NCBI GenBank assembly: GCA_030704615.1
Contig: CM060734.1
Location: 28,086,001-28,150,000, forward strand
Length of the DNA: 64,000 nt
Reading direction: 5' to 3'
From: Takakia lepidozioides
Taxonomy: Eukaryota; Plantae; Bryophyta
In this document: piece by piece, positions 26,641 to 40,360 of the stretch
Position numbering within the stretch: the first letter of the stretch is position 1
Layout: the number at the start of each line of letters is the position of its first letter
Program-made: the position numbers and the translations under genes
Notes under the pieces: model-generated
Seen by the model: the letters and a program-made list of their open reading frames with translations, nothing else
Databases searched by the model: none
What the model was told of the DNA's origin: nothing

Positions 26641-27718
26641 GAACCTCCCAAATCTAGGGGCCGAAGGGTTTAAATCAATTCCAAAGCTATAAGCCAATTT
26701 CTCCTATTTTCCTTTCCAACAAATAACCTCAAATAAATAAATAAATGGAAAAATAATAAAAATGACCCCTGGGCAGAGAATCTGCTCTAGATCCCAAGGA
26801 TCCAGGAATTACCTGCAGAGGCCACGGGGAACGCCTTGAGAACGCACCTGATCGTTGGGGACCCCGCCAAAACGTGCGTGGTACTGCCGCGACCTACTTG
26901 CCTGGTGGGCCCAGCCGATTCTCCTTCCAGACTCTTATAGGATATAATTAAATAAGGAAGCAAGAGCGCTTTCCTACTGTAGAATAAGTCATCCCCTACC
27001 TTTCTCCCTTTCACTATTCACTACTGTAGCCTAAAAACTAAGATAGAATAGTTTGTACCCAAAACCTCTTTGCCGTTGTCTTGGCGTGTAGCTTGGGGCT
27101 CAGGGCTCCTCACTCTCAAAGGCCCGATCCAAAAGAGAGGCCACTCTCTAAGCTATCTCCTCCCCGGCTCTCAGATTTTTCCTACCATTAAATATGTTGA
27201 TACAGCAAAAATCAAAGCTAAGGGGCTATCCCCAATAAACAATAGAAAAGGGTTCAAAAACCCCCTTAAACACCCCCCCCACGGGGGCGTCTGATGGGTA
27301 AAAGCTCCCTGGACGCGTGGCGGAGCCCGCTTGTTACCCAGCAATCCGTCCAGTGTATGTCTGCTACGTCGTCCAGCGGTCCGCCGCCAATCGCGGCCGC
27401 TCGGCGGTCCTGCGCGCGGGGCTCTCAGCCTGCCCGCACGCTTCTGCTCTGCCGCACATGTGTGTCATTTCCTCAAGTACGACAGTCAACGCAGGCCCTG
27501 CGCCCTCAATGCCTCGGCGCGTGGCTGCGGGGGTCCAGCGCACAAAGTTCCCTCACATCCTAAGCTTATGGTGACTCTATCCCTGCTTGAGCGGGCCTCA
27601 ATGGCGCCTCATAATGGGAATAAACAACAAAAAACAAAAAAACGAAACCACACCCCCTACTCTAAGATCTCTCTGTCTTTTGGGGGGGTTAGTGAGTTAG
27701 TATAGCCACCTTGGCCCT

Positions 27719-28242
27719 TGTCGTGCGCATACGTATCACTACACAACTACATCGCTGTCCAAACTACACCACACATATATGGACAATAAAGTAGTCTGCC
27801 ACAATGATAAGAGAACTAAAATCACACTGTTGACACAAGAACATGAAATACAACACCATCACTCATTAAACTAAGAGTCGAGCCAGGGGCACCCCAAGCT
27901 ATGGGGACTCCACCCCACAACATCTTATTCTCCCTTCATAAGCACACTCAGATTCTAAGCAGTGAAGGAGCTCGGTTGTGCAGGCTCAACTCGAGAGAGA
28001 TGAGCCACACAAATGACGCTCTCGTGAAGATAAGATGGTTCAGGTGTCAAGCTAAACTTGACACCTGACTTAACACTTGAACTAAATCCAAGTGTTAAAT
28101 ACAAATAACTAGCTTTATTCTAGTTAGTTTCACACTGTGTTTATTTAACTTGACAGCTGTCGTGCGCATACGTATCGCTACACAACTACATCGCTGTCCA
28201 AACTACACCACACATATATGGACAATAAAATAGTCTGCCACA
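27719..28242 (-). repeat. 3' terminal block of copy 1: 85-bp repeat (28158-28242), spacer, 85-bp repeat (27719-27803)
   Basis: Two 85-bp TGT...ACA units differing at 2 positions, next to PPT AGCTAGGGGGGCG. Confidence 0.9.
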
Positions 28243-28502
28243 ATCGCCCCCCTAGCTGGTGGATAGGTCCCTCTAACTCCAGATAGCTACAAGATGTAAT
28301 AGCCACAGCAGTACTAAGTCCTCTATCACTGTCCCTATTGTACTCAAACTCTATAGACCAAGAGGCCGGGTACAAGAGTAGCTCCATCGTTAGTCGCCGT
28401 CTTGCAATCTGTGAACTTGAGTCAGGATCTCGTGTGTTCAAGGTCTCCTAATAGCTTGGCCTTGCATTTCTTGTTAGCCTTCCATGGTTGTATCCACTCC
28501 CA

Positions 28503-28655
28503 CTATCCAATGCAATGCGGACATAACCAATCCCCATCTGGAACCATCTCAAGCGGTGGAGTCAAGCATCCCATATGCCAACCTCTAGAGCATCGATCAC
28601 ACACCAGCATGGTGGCTGCCCCTCTAGCAGACCCACACAACATGCACCTCAAACT
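28503..28655 (-). other. PHD finger (C4HC3) at the integrase C-terminus
   Basis: CMLCGSARGAATMLVCDRCSRGWHMGCLTPPLEMVPDGDWLCPHC. Confidence 0.92.
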
Positions 28656-31559
28656 TGCAGGTACCACTGCCAGGTTTGGGTCAACCATTCCATCAACATT
28701 TGGAAGGTGACATGGCGCGCAATTACGCACATGGTCCTTCCAAATCATGCCATCCCAACCCTCCAAGATCAGGACTCCTGAGGGCAACACCTCTCAAACC
28801 CTCAAAATAGTACGTCATGCAGTCACATCCAGGTCGTAGGAGCAGTCTGCTGCAGATAAACATAATCACCATGGTTAAATCTCCGAACCCCAGGACGATA
28901 GTCCCCACCACGTATGGTAGCATACCTCAACGTATCACGATGTTATGCAATGACAAGGTTCTCGAAAGCCATGGGCATGACTTTCTTGAACAACTCTGCA
29001 CGCTGATCACATGCACGTACCCACATGTCCGGATCATCAAGGTTAAGAACTGTAGCAGCTTCTCTACGAATGGATGTAGGCAAATCCGGCTCTCGGCCAA
29101 AGAGAAGAAAATATGGTGAGAAAGAGGCAAGTGATGCTTGCTTGCTGAACCTATAGCCCATGGTTAACCAGGGTAACTGAAGGTCCCAATCTCCTAGGTG
29201 TCCCTTCTGCAAGCCATACTTGCGCAAACCCCTCTTTATTGTCTGAACAACCCTCTCTGGCAAGCCATCGGCCTCAGGATGATCCCGAGAAGTGGTGCGG
29301 TGGTCTACCAAGGCCTTGTCATACAAAGCCTGAAACTCCCCCAAGAACTCTCTCCCTTGGTCCGTGAGTACCTCAGCTGGAGCACCGAATCGGCTAAGTA
29401 CACAATTCAAGAATGCATACGCAGCTCCCTCACTAGCCTTATCAGGCAATGGAACCAACTCGATCCACTTGGAGAAGTGCTCCACCATCACCAACACGTA
29501 CTTGTTGTGGCGCATGGTCAGTGGCAATGGCCCTGCGAAGTTAAGACTCCACTTGTAGCCCAATCCCATGATCGGAAGAGGGTGCAATTATGGAGTAGGG
29601 GCATTGAATGAAGCACGTACCCTGTCACACACCATGCACCTAGCCACAAATTGTTGCACCTCTGTGTGCATACCACGCCACCAATACTGCCCCTGCAGTA
29701 GACTATGAGTGCGTCGCACCCCAAAATGCCCCAACTCCTCATGGGCATGCCGCACTAACCGTGCCCGCTGTGTTGGGTGAGGCACAATCTTCACTCGACC
29801 ATCCTCCCACACTCGGAGCAGGTGTGTCCCCTCCCACTTGAACCTCTTGGCTCGTTGTAGGATCCGATCCCTCTCCTTGGCAGTCACAGTGGCTGTCGTG
29901 TCTCCAGTGCGGAGGTAGTCCAATATAGCTGAATCCTCATGTATATCTTTGGCGCCACCTTGCTCATTGCTGGCCTCAGGGTCCTCAGACACTTGATCTA
30001 CTGTCATCCCTGTTGCAGGTCCAACCTGGCCTTCCGTTGCCAAGATACACAGAAATGCAGATGCAGGCCATCCAGGCACCATCTCCTCGTCCGTCTCACC
30101 ATGCCACCGAGCTCCAGTGTCATCCTGCTGGCTCGTGCATGGATTGCGACTCAACCCATCTACATCCCGATTGACCAAACCCGGTCGATGCATAACCTGA
30201 AAGTCATACTCTTGAAGGATGAGCGCCCATCGTGCAAGCTTCCCCGTAAGCTTGTCTGACTCCATCAACCACTGGAGTGGTTGGTGATCCGTGACAAGGG
30301 TGAAGAGATTGACGTATAGATAGCACCTGAAGTGTGCCACGGCCCACACTGCAGCTAAGCATTCTCCCTCATATGAGCTATACTTAGACTCTGCAACGTT
30401 GTTCGAGCGGCTAGCATAAGCCACTACGAACTTTCTTCCCTCATCATCCACCTGTGTGAGCACCGCTCCAAGCCCCAGCATGCTCTAATCTGTATGCAGC
30501 TGAAAAGGACGCCCCCTGATAGGTCGTCTCAAGATGGGCGCCGAGGTCAACCTCGCCTTGAGCTCTTGGAAAGCTCGTTCTTGCTCATCTTCCCACTGCC
30601 ACTCCTGGTCCACCTTGGTCAGTTTGGTTAGAGCCTTTGCAATGGCACTAAATCCCTTAACAAACCGTCTATAATAGTTTGCTAACCCTATGAAAGCTCG
30701 AACTCGGCTCACATCCGTGGGGCGTGGAATCTGTGCAATGGACTCTACCTTAGTCTGCTGTACCCCCAATCCTCCAGGATATAGCATGTGACCCAGATAC
30801 TCAATTTGGTTGTGGAAAAACTTGCACTTCCCTGGATGTAACTTCAATCCGTGCGCCCTCAAGCGCTCAAATACCATCTGAAGGTGTCTCTCATGCTCCT
30901 CCACCGTAGCACTAAAGATGATAATGTCATCTATGTAGCACCGAGCAAACTTCACCCCTGCTAGAATCCTGTCCATGACTCTCTGAAACTCTGCCGGAGC
31001 GTTGTCACTGTATCTATAGGGTCTCCGAAAGATTGGCGTGTCAGTAGCCAATTCAATGCGAATCTCTTGACCCTTCAGTGCTCCTAAGTCCTTCAAACTA
31101 AAGGCAAAGCAGTTCCTGTAAGCCCACAAGAACCGCCGTATATGTCGTCTTTCTCCTCCGGTGACTATAGGTCCAACCTCAGGCTCTCAGTTGTCCTCCG
31201 TGACTGCAACCTTGAGTCCAGCAGGCTTAGAGGTAGAAGACGCGTCCCGTGGTTGCTATGCTGCAACCTCTTGAGCAGTGACCACTGCCTCCTCTGTCAG
31301 TGACAATGTCTCATTCTGCCCCATCATCCCATCCTTGAGGACCTCCTCAACCCGAGAAAAATCCCCAACCTCATCCATCACCGTCGCCTTGGCTGCCAAC
31401 TCCTTCTGAACCTCGAGCACCTCCCACGTGTGCCATGGATGCGGCCTGCACCTCGTGGTCCTCATCTGTTTGCCCCCACTCACTGCCTGTACCGTCTCGG
31501 TAGGCAGGGAGACCATCAAGGGAAGTGTACTCCGTACTCTGCGCTGCTCAGCCATAGCC

Positions 31560-32110
31560 AAGTTGAGAATCCACGTCAAGCAATTGAGATCCATTGTTTG
31601 CCCCAACACCTGACGACGTGATGCCTCAGAAAGAGATGGCACCGCCGTGGTACCAGTGATAAAACCCATCGGCCGCTCGCGCTCGTTATCATTGGGCTCT
31701 ACTAATGCTGCAACTGGCTATCCCATAAGAGGCCAGGTCCACCATCCTGAAATGCATGAGATCCTGGAAAGCTGAGCAGTGTAGGCAATGCTGCTCGTGG
31801 GTGACCCACCTTATTGACCACTGCCAAAGGTGATCGGTCATTGTGTCTCACACGCTGAGACTGCCTCCCTATGTCCAAAATGCTATCCATCGTCAGGTTT
31901 GGTGGCCGCTGCACCCCATCAAATGCACGCTTGAGCAATGCATATGGCATCAAGTTGGTCCACCATAGTCGTGGGCGATGAGCCCGTGACCCCACTGCAG
32001 CTGTATCCAGCAACACTGCTGACCCAAGCCAAGACCGCACTTGATGTACACTGGCCATCACCTTGGCCCGAGAATCACCCATCAATGGCACATTCTCCAA
32101 GATATATGCC
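31560..32110 (-). pseudogene. DNMT3-like C5 cytosine methyltransferase, C-terminal half (motifs VI-X), copy 1
   Basis: YILENV (VI), AHRPRLWWTNL (VIII), ERERPMGF...SRRQVLGQ (IX-X). Confidence 0.85.
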
Positions 32111-34245
32111 GGAGATAGAAGAAGACGAGCCTGCCTACGTCTCACGTGGAGATAACCTCTCCACGTCCCAAGTGTAACATCTTCACGTCCCAAGTGAGGT
32201 TCGCCACCGCACTTGGTACATGGAACCAAATGAAGTCCCAATGCCCACAAAATACAAATATAATTGTATAAAGTCCTAATTAGCTAGAAATAACTATTTC
32301 ACAAACAAAACCATGACAGCTGTCATGCACCTAAGCATCGTGCCACAACATAAATCGCTGTCCAACCACACTTCTTAGCATATAGTCCTAGAAAGCCATG
32401 CCACAATCGCCCCCCTAGCTGGTGATTATGTCCCTCTAACACCGGATAGCTGCAAGTATCCACCCCAATGAGATCATCATTTGGTCTTCAATCGCACAAG
32501 TCCCAGCATCTGAAAGTCGATAGATCAAGAGGTCGGGTGCATAAGTAGCCCCATCGTTAGTCGCCTTCCTGCAAACGTAAACCTTACACACCATTTGTAG
32601 GTGGGCATGAAACAGAGTCTCTCCTCTCTCCAATGAACAAACACCTGAGACGCATTCTGTAGTGACGGTGTCAAGCATCCCATGTGCCACTCCTTTGAGC
32701 ATTTGTCACACACCAGCATGGTTGCAGCACCACCAACATGCCCACACAACATGCAACGCAACCCTGCAGGTACCACTGCAAGGTTGGGATCTATCATCCC
32801 ATCCACATGTGGAAGGTGACATGGCACACAATTGCGCACATGGTCCTTCCATACCATGCCATCTCGACCCTCCAGAATCAATACTCCTGAAGGCAACACC
32901 TCCCTTAGAATCACACGTCCTGCTGTGACATCCAAGGTCGTAGGCGCTGTCTGCTGCAGATTCACATAGTCTCCAGGGTGGAAATGCCAAACACCTGGCT
33001 GATATCCCCCTCCATGTATAGTGGCGTACCTCAATGTGTCTCGGTGTTGGGCAATAGCAAGGTTCTCGAAAGCCATAGGCATGACTCTCTTGAACAACTC
33101 TGCCCGCTGGACACATGTTTGTGTCCACACATCCGGATCATCAAGGTTGAGAACTACTGCAACCTCCCTGCGAATAGATACAGGCAAATCTGGCTCTCGG
33201 CCGAAGAGAAGAAAGTAAGGTGAGAAAGAGGCAAATGAAACTTGTTTGCTGAACCTATAGCCCATAGCTAGCCAAGGCAGCTGAAGGTCCCAATCTCCTA
33301 GGTGTCCTGTAAGCCGTAATTGCGCAAATCCCTCTTGACTGTCTGAACAACTCTCTCCCCCAAGCCATCCCCCAAAGCCTGAAATTCCCCCAATAACTCT
33401 CTCCCCTTATCCGTGAGTACCTCGGCTGGAGCACCAAATTGGCTAAGCACTCGATCTAAGAATGCATACAAAGCCCCCTCACTCGCCTTGTTAGGCAATG
33501 CCACCAGCTCAATCCATTTGGAGAAATGTTCTACCATCACCAGCACATACTTGTTATGGCAAATCGTTAGTGGCAATGGACCTGCGAAATCAAGACTCCA
33601 ATGATAGCCCAAACCCATAATGGGTAAATGATGCAATTGTGGAGTAGGTGCATTGAAAGAAGCCCGCACTCTATCACACACTATGTACCTTGCCACTAAT
33701 TGTTGCACATCTGTGTGCATGCCCCGCCACCAATACTGTCATTGCAGCAAACTATGAGTGCGTCGTTCCTCAAAATGTCCCAACTCCTCATGGGCATGGC
33801 GTACCAATCATGCACGTTGTGTTGGGTGAGGCACAATCCTCACTCATCCATCTTCCCATACACGGAGTAGATGAGTCCCCTCCCACTTGAACCTCTTGGT
33901 TCGTTGTAGAATCCGATCTCTCTCTTTAGCAGTCACACTGGCTGTTGTCTCTCCGGTACAAAGGTAGGCCAACACTACTACATCTTCATGCACATCCTTA
34001 GCACCACCAAGCTCTTCACTGATCTCTGGATCATGCATAATATCTACATGACCAATCGCATGCGATGGACCAGCTTGAGCTCCCATTGTTAGAATGCACA
34101 AAAAAACAGATGCATGCTATCCTGGCACCATCTCCTCATCCGTCTCACCATGCCACCGAGCTCCAGTATCATCATGTTTGCTCATGCATGGATTACGACT
34201 CAATCCATCTGCATCCCGATTGACGATACCGGCTCAATGCACCAC

Positions 34246-35295
34246 CTAGAAGTCATACTCTTGAAGCATAAGTGCCCACTGTGCAAGCTTCCCTGTAAGC
34301 TTGTCCGACTCCATCAACCACTTCAATGGTTGGTGATATGTGACAAGGGTGAAGAGATTGTCATAGAGGTAGCATCTGAAATGTGCCACTGCCCATACTG
34401 CAGCTAGACACTCTCCTTCATATGAGCTATACTTCGCCTCGACATCATTGTTCGAGTGGCTAGCATATGCCACTACGAACTCTTTTCCCTCATTATCCAC
34501 ATGTGTGAGCACTGCTCCAATTCCCAACATACTCCAATCTGTATGTAGCTGGAAAGGTCGCCCCCGAATAGGCCGCCTCAAAATAGGTGCAGAAGTCAAT
34601 CGAGCCTTGAGTTCCTCAAAGGCTTCCTCTTGCTCCTCCTCCCACTGCCACTCCTGACCCACCTTGGTCAACTTGGTAAGAGTCTTTGCAATGCTACTAA
34701 ATCTCTTGACAAACCGTCGATAGTAGTTTGCCGACCCTATGAAAGCACAAACTCTGCTCACATCTGTGGGACATGGAATGCATGCAATGGCCTCCACCTT
34801 TATCTGTTGAACACCCAATCCTCTAGGGTATATCATGTGGCCCAGATACTCAATCTGGTTGTGGATGAACTTGCACTTTCCGGGGTGCAGTTTCAACCCG
34901 TGCGATCTCAAGCGCTCAAACATCACCTGAAGGTGTCTCTCATGCTCCTCAACCGTAGCACTAAAGACGATGATGTCATCTATGTAGCACCGGGCGAAGT
35001 CTAGCCCCGCGAGAATCCTATCCACGACCCTTTGAAACTCTGCAGGAGCATTCTTCAACCCAAACGGTAAGAACCGCCATTGGTACAAACAATCCTTCCC
35101 ATGTTGGTCAATCCCCCAGAATGCCGTCTTTTGCTTGTCAGCCTCTTTGATTGGCAACTGTTGGTAACCAGATCGCAAATCCAATGTGCTAAACACCTTT
35201 GCATGCCCAATAGCATCAAAGATCTCCTCTGGAGTTGGCATGGCATATCTATCGGACTTGGTCTGACGGTTCACAGGACGATAGTCCCCACACAT
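34246..35295 (-). CDS. Reverse transcriptase-RNase H portion of pol (copy 2, pseudogenised)
   Basis: MCGDYRPVN, TLDLRSGY, LPFGLKNAP, YIDD, QLHTDWS, YEGECLA. Confidence 0.9.
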   Translation of the reverse strand: MCGDYRPVNRQTKSDRYAMPTPEEIFDAIGHAKVFSTLDLRSGYQQLPIKEADKQKTAFWGIDQHGKDCLYQWRFLPFGLKNAPAEFQRVVDRILAGLDFARCYIDDIIVFSATVEEHERHLQVMFERLRSHGLKLHPGKCKFIHNQIEYLGHMIYPRGLGVQQIKVEAIACIPCPTDVSRVCAFIGSANYYRRFVKRFSSIAKTLTKLTKVGQEWQWEEEQEEAFEELKARLTSAPILRRPIRGRPFQLHTDWSMLGIGAVLTHVDNEGKEFVVAYASHSNNDVEAKYSSYEGECLAAVWAVAHFRCYLYDNLFTLVTYHQPLKWLMESDKLTGKLAQWALMLQEYDF

Positions 35296-38200
35296 CTTTC
35301 TTTATGTCCAATTGCCATAGATATCATTCTTAGCTGGCATCACTGTTGCCGACGCATACTCCCCACCTGACAACTCCACCAATCCAGTTTCGAACAACTC
35401 CATAGTCCATGACTGGATCAAAGACCTCTCCATGTCACTATACCTGTAGGGCCTTCGAAATATTGGCGTGTCACTTGCCAAATCAATACGAATTTCCTGG
35501 CCCTTCAAACTCCCCAAATCCTTCAAACCAAAGGCAAAGCAATTCTTATAAGCCCTTAGAAATTGCTGGATCCTCCGTCTCTCTCCTCCGGTGACTGTAG
35601 ATCCAACATCTGGTTCCCAATTGTCCTCAGTGACTGCAATCTTGGGTACACCAAGCTTGGAGGTAGGAGACAGATCATTTGGTTGCTAGATAGCAACCTC
35701 TTGGGCCTTGTCCGCCCACTCTGACTGTGGCGTAGCCTTCATTTGCTCCGCCATAGCCACCTTGAGAACGTCCTCCGTGCAAGAAACATCCTCAACCTCT
35801 TCAAAACCTTGGTCACCTTGGCCTCCAACTGATCCTCTGTGTATGGCTCTCCTCACTCCTCATACTGCTGCTTGAGAGATCCAATGACTCTCTCTTTGCG
35901 CATCTCATCCCACATCTGCCATGTAAATCCCTGAGTCAGGTGGTTGTCAGGTAATGGGCACTGTGTCCAAATGAGCTAACTCAGGAGGTCTAGGTGATGT
36001 CACTGAACTCCCCTCATTCACCAATGGAAAGGCCTCATGTCATGCTTGGTGCACACACTCACCTGCTACTCGATGCAAATTCCCAACCGTACCCCACAAT
36101 GGAATATGCAAAGGCACATGAGGAAGCAACTCAGCCTTATATGCCAATTGTTTGTCCTTATCAAGAGGTGGCCTATCATCTGCATGGCTATTGCCCTCCA
36201 AGAGCTCACCACCCCAAGCCACCACCCTTGAGAATGCAGCCAATGTGGGCATCATGTTCCTATGATCCACCGCTACATTCACAATAAACCGCACTGGAAG
36301 CAGTGCACATCGGCCATCCCCTGATTGTCATTCCGGCCTGTAGGATGCCGTTTCCTCCCAAAAGTCCAGAGTAAATCCTATGGGGTATAACACAGCCCCA
36401 CCAACAAGCACATCATAGGACATTGCGTCCGTAACAATGGCTTTGGCTCTCATGACTGAGCCATCCGTAGGATGATCTGGCTACAATCGAATGAAGAGTT
36501 CATGGTGTGTAATCCCTCGCGCCTTTTCTGAACCACCCAAAGATGTCTGAATCTGGAAAGGGCAAGACTCCAAATTCGTCTCTGTAAGGTCCAAGCTTGC
36601 AATTGTTGTTCTCCCCAACATCGATGGCTGTGCTCCCAAGTCCAACAAGACCCGCAGTGCCCTATACCTCCTCCCGGTTAGGCCACCCAACTGAAACACT
36701 TCATCTTGATTGTCCACTAGAACTACCCCAGGAGTCATCATACTGCACTCAATGGTTGGCATAACTGGCAACTCCTGCAACCTTGCAGCTGTCACTTGCC
36801 ATGGCGCAGCTGTGGCTATCTTCACCCTTGAATCCAGGGCATCCATGCACTGCACCTTATCCGCTATCCCCGCAGATAGTACCAATGCATCACCACTCTC
36901 ACATAGTACAGCCGCTAGTTTAAACACTGCAGCTGGCCGAATCCCCGGCATTGCAATTGTCATTGCAGAAAACAATGGAGCTTGGCAAATTGCCGTAGCC
37001 GCCCCCAACAATGTACTGGCTACACTTTGCTTTGCAGCACCACCCACTGGTATTTCCCGAGCCACACCAACTCTTCCCAATGGCACTTGTGGCTCTACTT
37101 CTGACACACTTGGGCGAGCGGGTGCCATCGATGGCGTAGTTGGCACTGTCTCAGCCAATGTAAAGGACTGTGGAAGCCTCGTCTATTGCCTTGCTTCCCC
37201 CTTTTGTGGATCAAAATCCACATCCGCTCCTCTTGGCTTAGGAGCACGCGTTGTTGCTCGAGTGACAGCAGCAGCAGAGTCCACATGCAATGGCCCTGCC
37301 AGTGCGGCTCCACACATGAAGCCCATACCAATCTGGTCTGCCCTAGGCAATGCAGCGGCAGGGTTAGGAGGTTGTGCAGGTGGGGCTTGAACCTCAGGCC
37401 TTGGAGCTGGTGCAACATGAGTAGTGGCCATGGCAGCAAGATATTGCTCTAGCTGGGCAAGCCTATCCACCATGCCTTGGTCATGATCTTGACCTTAACT
37501 CTGTGCTCCTTAGTTTTGGTTACGACCTCCACCACGACCTCTGCCTCCTCTACCTCTCTGGACTACATTGCCTTGTCCTCGGCCACTATTGTTCCCTTGG
37601 AACTGGCCTGGCCATAGCTGAGGATGTAAGTCATAACAATGGGCCTCCTCATGCCCATACTTGCCACAATGCCCACAATGTAATTGTATGGCTATGCCTG
37701 TACCGACACTTTGCCCCTCTGATCCGGGCAATCTCTCTTAACATGGGGTCCTCCACATATACAACACACCACATCCGCCTGTTGTTGGCCTGAGAATGAA
37801 GAAAGAGACCTCTGCATTTGAGATCCTCTCTTACCTTCCCTGGGCTTTGCCTGAGCCCCCTTGTTGCCTTGAGCACGTTGGGGTAGTGGTTGTTGTTGGC
37901 TAGGAGCCCTACTTCGTTGTGTCTCCTTACCAAAACCCACCATAACCACCCGTTCCTCAACCATATTGAGCTCTATCCGCTTTGCTAGCAAAAACACATT
38001 TGCTAAGGTGGGTTGGGCCACTTGTAGGAGAGTTGTATCCCGCACCCTTCTCCTCAGCTCCTTGTCCAATATCCCATACCAGAATTGGACTGTTTGAGCT
38101 TCTGTAACCCCTTGGGTCACATTTATCAATCGCCTCGTGCGCATGTAAGCCTCCCTCAAACTCTCAATAGGCTTGTGCTGGAACTTTGCAATTTCTCCAT

Positions 38201-39569
38201 CCTTATCCCCTGTTAGTTTCTCCTCAAGTCCTCGAAGAACTCTACAACTGGGTTAAAGGCAGGCACGGGTGTTGGTGTTGCAGCAGGAGCTTGGATGGAC
38301 ATCCCAGCTCCTGTACCACTTATCCCACTACTGCTTGCAGAAGCTGCCGGTGTAGCTGTCAATGTCACCGTTGCCCTTGTGCCTCTAGTGATGGAGACAT
38401 AGTCAGGTGACCAATACACCGTCATTCCTCAATCTCCACCTCATGTCCCCGCCTAAATTCATGGTAGTCATCCATAGGCGGCCCATCAAGGTGCTGAAAC
38501 AGCCCCTTCCACGCCATAAAAGGCGTAAACAATTGTGGATTGCGCATCTGCTGCAAATCACACCAACTATCAAACTCCTATATGAAATCATCAAGCTCAA
38601 TGGTGCCCACAGCTCCAGAGTACCGACGTGGTCCCTTGGTAGCTCCATACATTTCCTCCATCGTATCCCACAACAATGGCACGAAAATAGCTTGCACCCT
38701 CGGCAAGAATCCTCCTGACTTCGAGTCTGAACCTTCCTCCGAAGACACTGAAGGTGAAGGTGGCCTGAACCGCACACCTCGTCTTGTATACCCACTAGTA
38801 TCGCTGGTGCTCATACCGGCACTCTCCTCAGTAACTGGTGGCACCTCCGTGATGAAAACTCATAATCAATCGGCTGTAAACCTGTCTATAATCCCCTTTT
38901 CTACAAGGTAACCGGGTAGAGAACCTGTTGCGGCTTATGGTTTGGAATACTAGGTTTCTAACATAGACCTGCACCTGCACCTGCACCGCAAGCACTCATA
39001 TGGTTGGCTGGTCATCACCCCAGCCTCACCACCGACAACACGCTCTAGGGTTGGCCGGCCACAATAATTCCGGATCAACCACCTATGAAGACAAGCGCCC
39101 AAACCAAACTAGCATGGCGCACAATCAAGCATGCATGTGTGGGAGAAAGATCCAAACACATGAAACTCAAACAACAACACCTCCCACACCTTAAATCAAT
39201 CGACCTCCTTACGGCTCCAATAAACCTGCAAGATGGCCAAGTCTTTATCCAAACTAGCTCTGCCTCCGCTTATGGAAAAGCTTTGGCCTACAAGAATGAT
39301 GGAAGACTATGGAGAAGAAAAGCTAAAGCAATCTCTAAGCCCAGAATGCTCTCATCCCATTACTCTCCCTATCTTCATGCTCACTCTTGCTTGAACAATA
39401 GATAAGACTATCCTCAAATGACCTCTCAAATAACTCTCAAGAGCCCTCAAATTATTGCCATGAACTTCTGAAGTCTGCCCTCAATCAGCCCTGACATACA
39501 CCCACCGAGGCCCAAGAAATCCGCAAACTTGGACTCCAAACAGTCCACCGAAAGGCCCAAGAGTTGGTC

Positions 39570-40360
39570 AAATAGTGGCCTTCAAGGACGTCAGCCTGCC
39601 CTCCAACAGCCCTCAAATGACTCCACAGGGCTGCCCAATATGGCCTCCAAGGACCTCCAAACAACCCTTAAGAAGCTCCACAAATCTGCCAAGTATTGGC
39701 CTCCAAGGACCTCCAACAGTCCTCCCACGAGCCCTCAAGAAGCTCCACAAATCTGCCAAGTATTAGCCTTCAAGGACCTCCAATAGTCCCCCAAAGAGCT
39801 CTTAAAAAGCTCCACAAGTCTGCCCAATATGGGCCTCCAAGGACCTCCAATCGTCCTCCAAACAGCCCCAAGAAGCTCCACAGGACTGCAAAATATTGGC
39901 CTCAATAGACCCCAAACAGTACTTCAACCAAGCCCCAAAAGGCTCCAAAAATATCCACTGGCAGTCGATTTTTCATCCGTCGTTGACCATCTGAGGCACC
40001 CACCTCCCAGTCTCTATCCCCATGCACCTGCATCACCACGACACCTCTGGTAGACCAGAAATGTCATCCAAAACCACAATTTTTCATTTGCTGGTCCGAT
40101 ATTTCATCCGCTGGCATGATTTCATCCAAAACCGCGATAGTTCATCCACTGGCACAGTTTCATCCACCGCCGCAAATATTTCATCCGCTGGCACTATATC
40201 ATCCGTTGGCGCAGTTTCATCCGCCACCGCAATTTTTCATCCAATAGTGCGATATTTCATCTGATACCACGATTTCATCCACTGGTGCAGATTTCATTCA
40301 CTGCGACCAATTCTCATCCAGAAGCGCCGATTCTCATCCACTGGCTCAAAAGTTCATCCG
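39570..40360. repeat. Tandem repeats in the 5' non-coding region of copy 2
   Basis: ~56-67-bp units (ggcctccaaggacctccaa...aagaagctccacaa) at 39570-39950 and ~20-bp tttcatcc units at 40080-40360. Confidence 0.8.

Larger units (their letters stand above)
27719..32110 (-). mobile_element. DNMT3/PHD-bearing Ty3/Gypsy element, copy 1 (3' half: C-terminal DNMT, RT, RH, INT, PHD, terminal repeat)
   Basis: DNMT motifs PAYILENV, SRAHRPRLWWTNL and SRRQVLGQTMD. RT YIDD with an internal deletion at ~31003. RH QLHTD, YEGECLA, TDHQPL. INT HHCC zinc finger and core. PHD at 28503-28655. PPT at 28245-28257. Terminal block 27719-28242. Confidence 0.92.
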
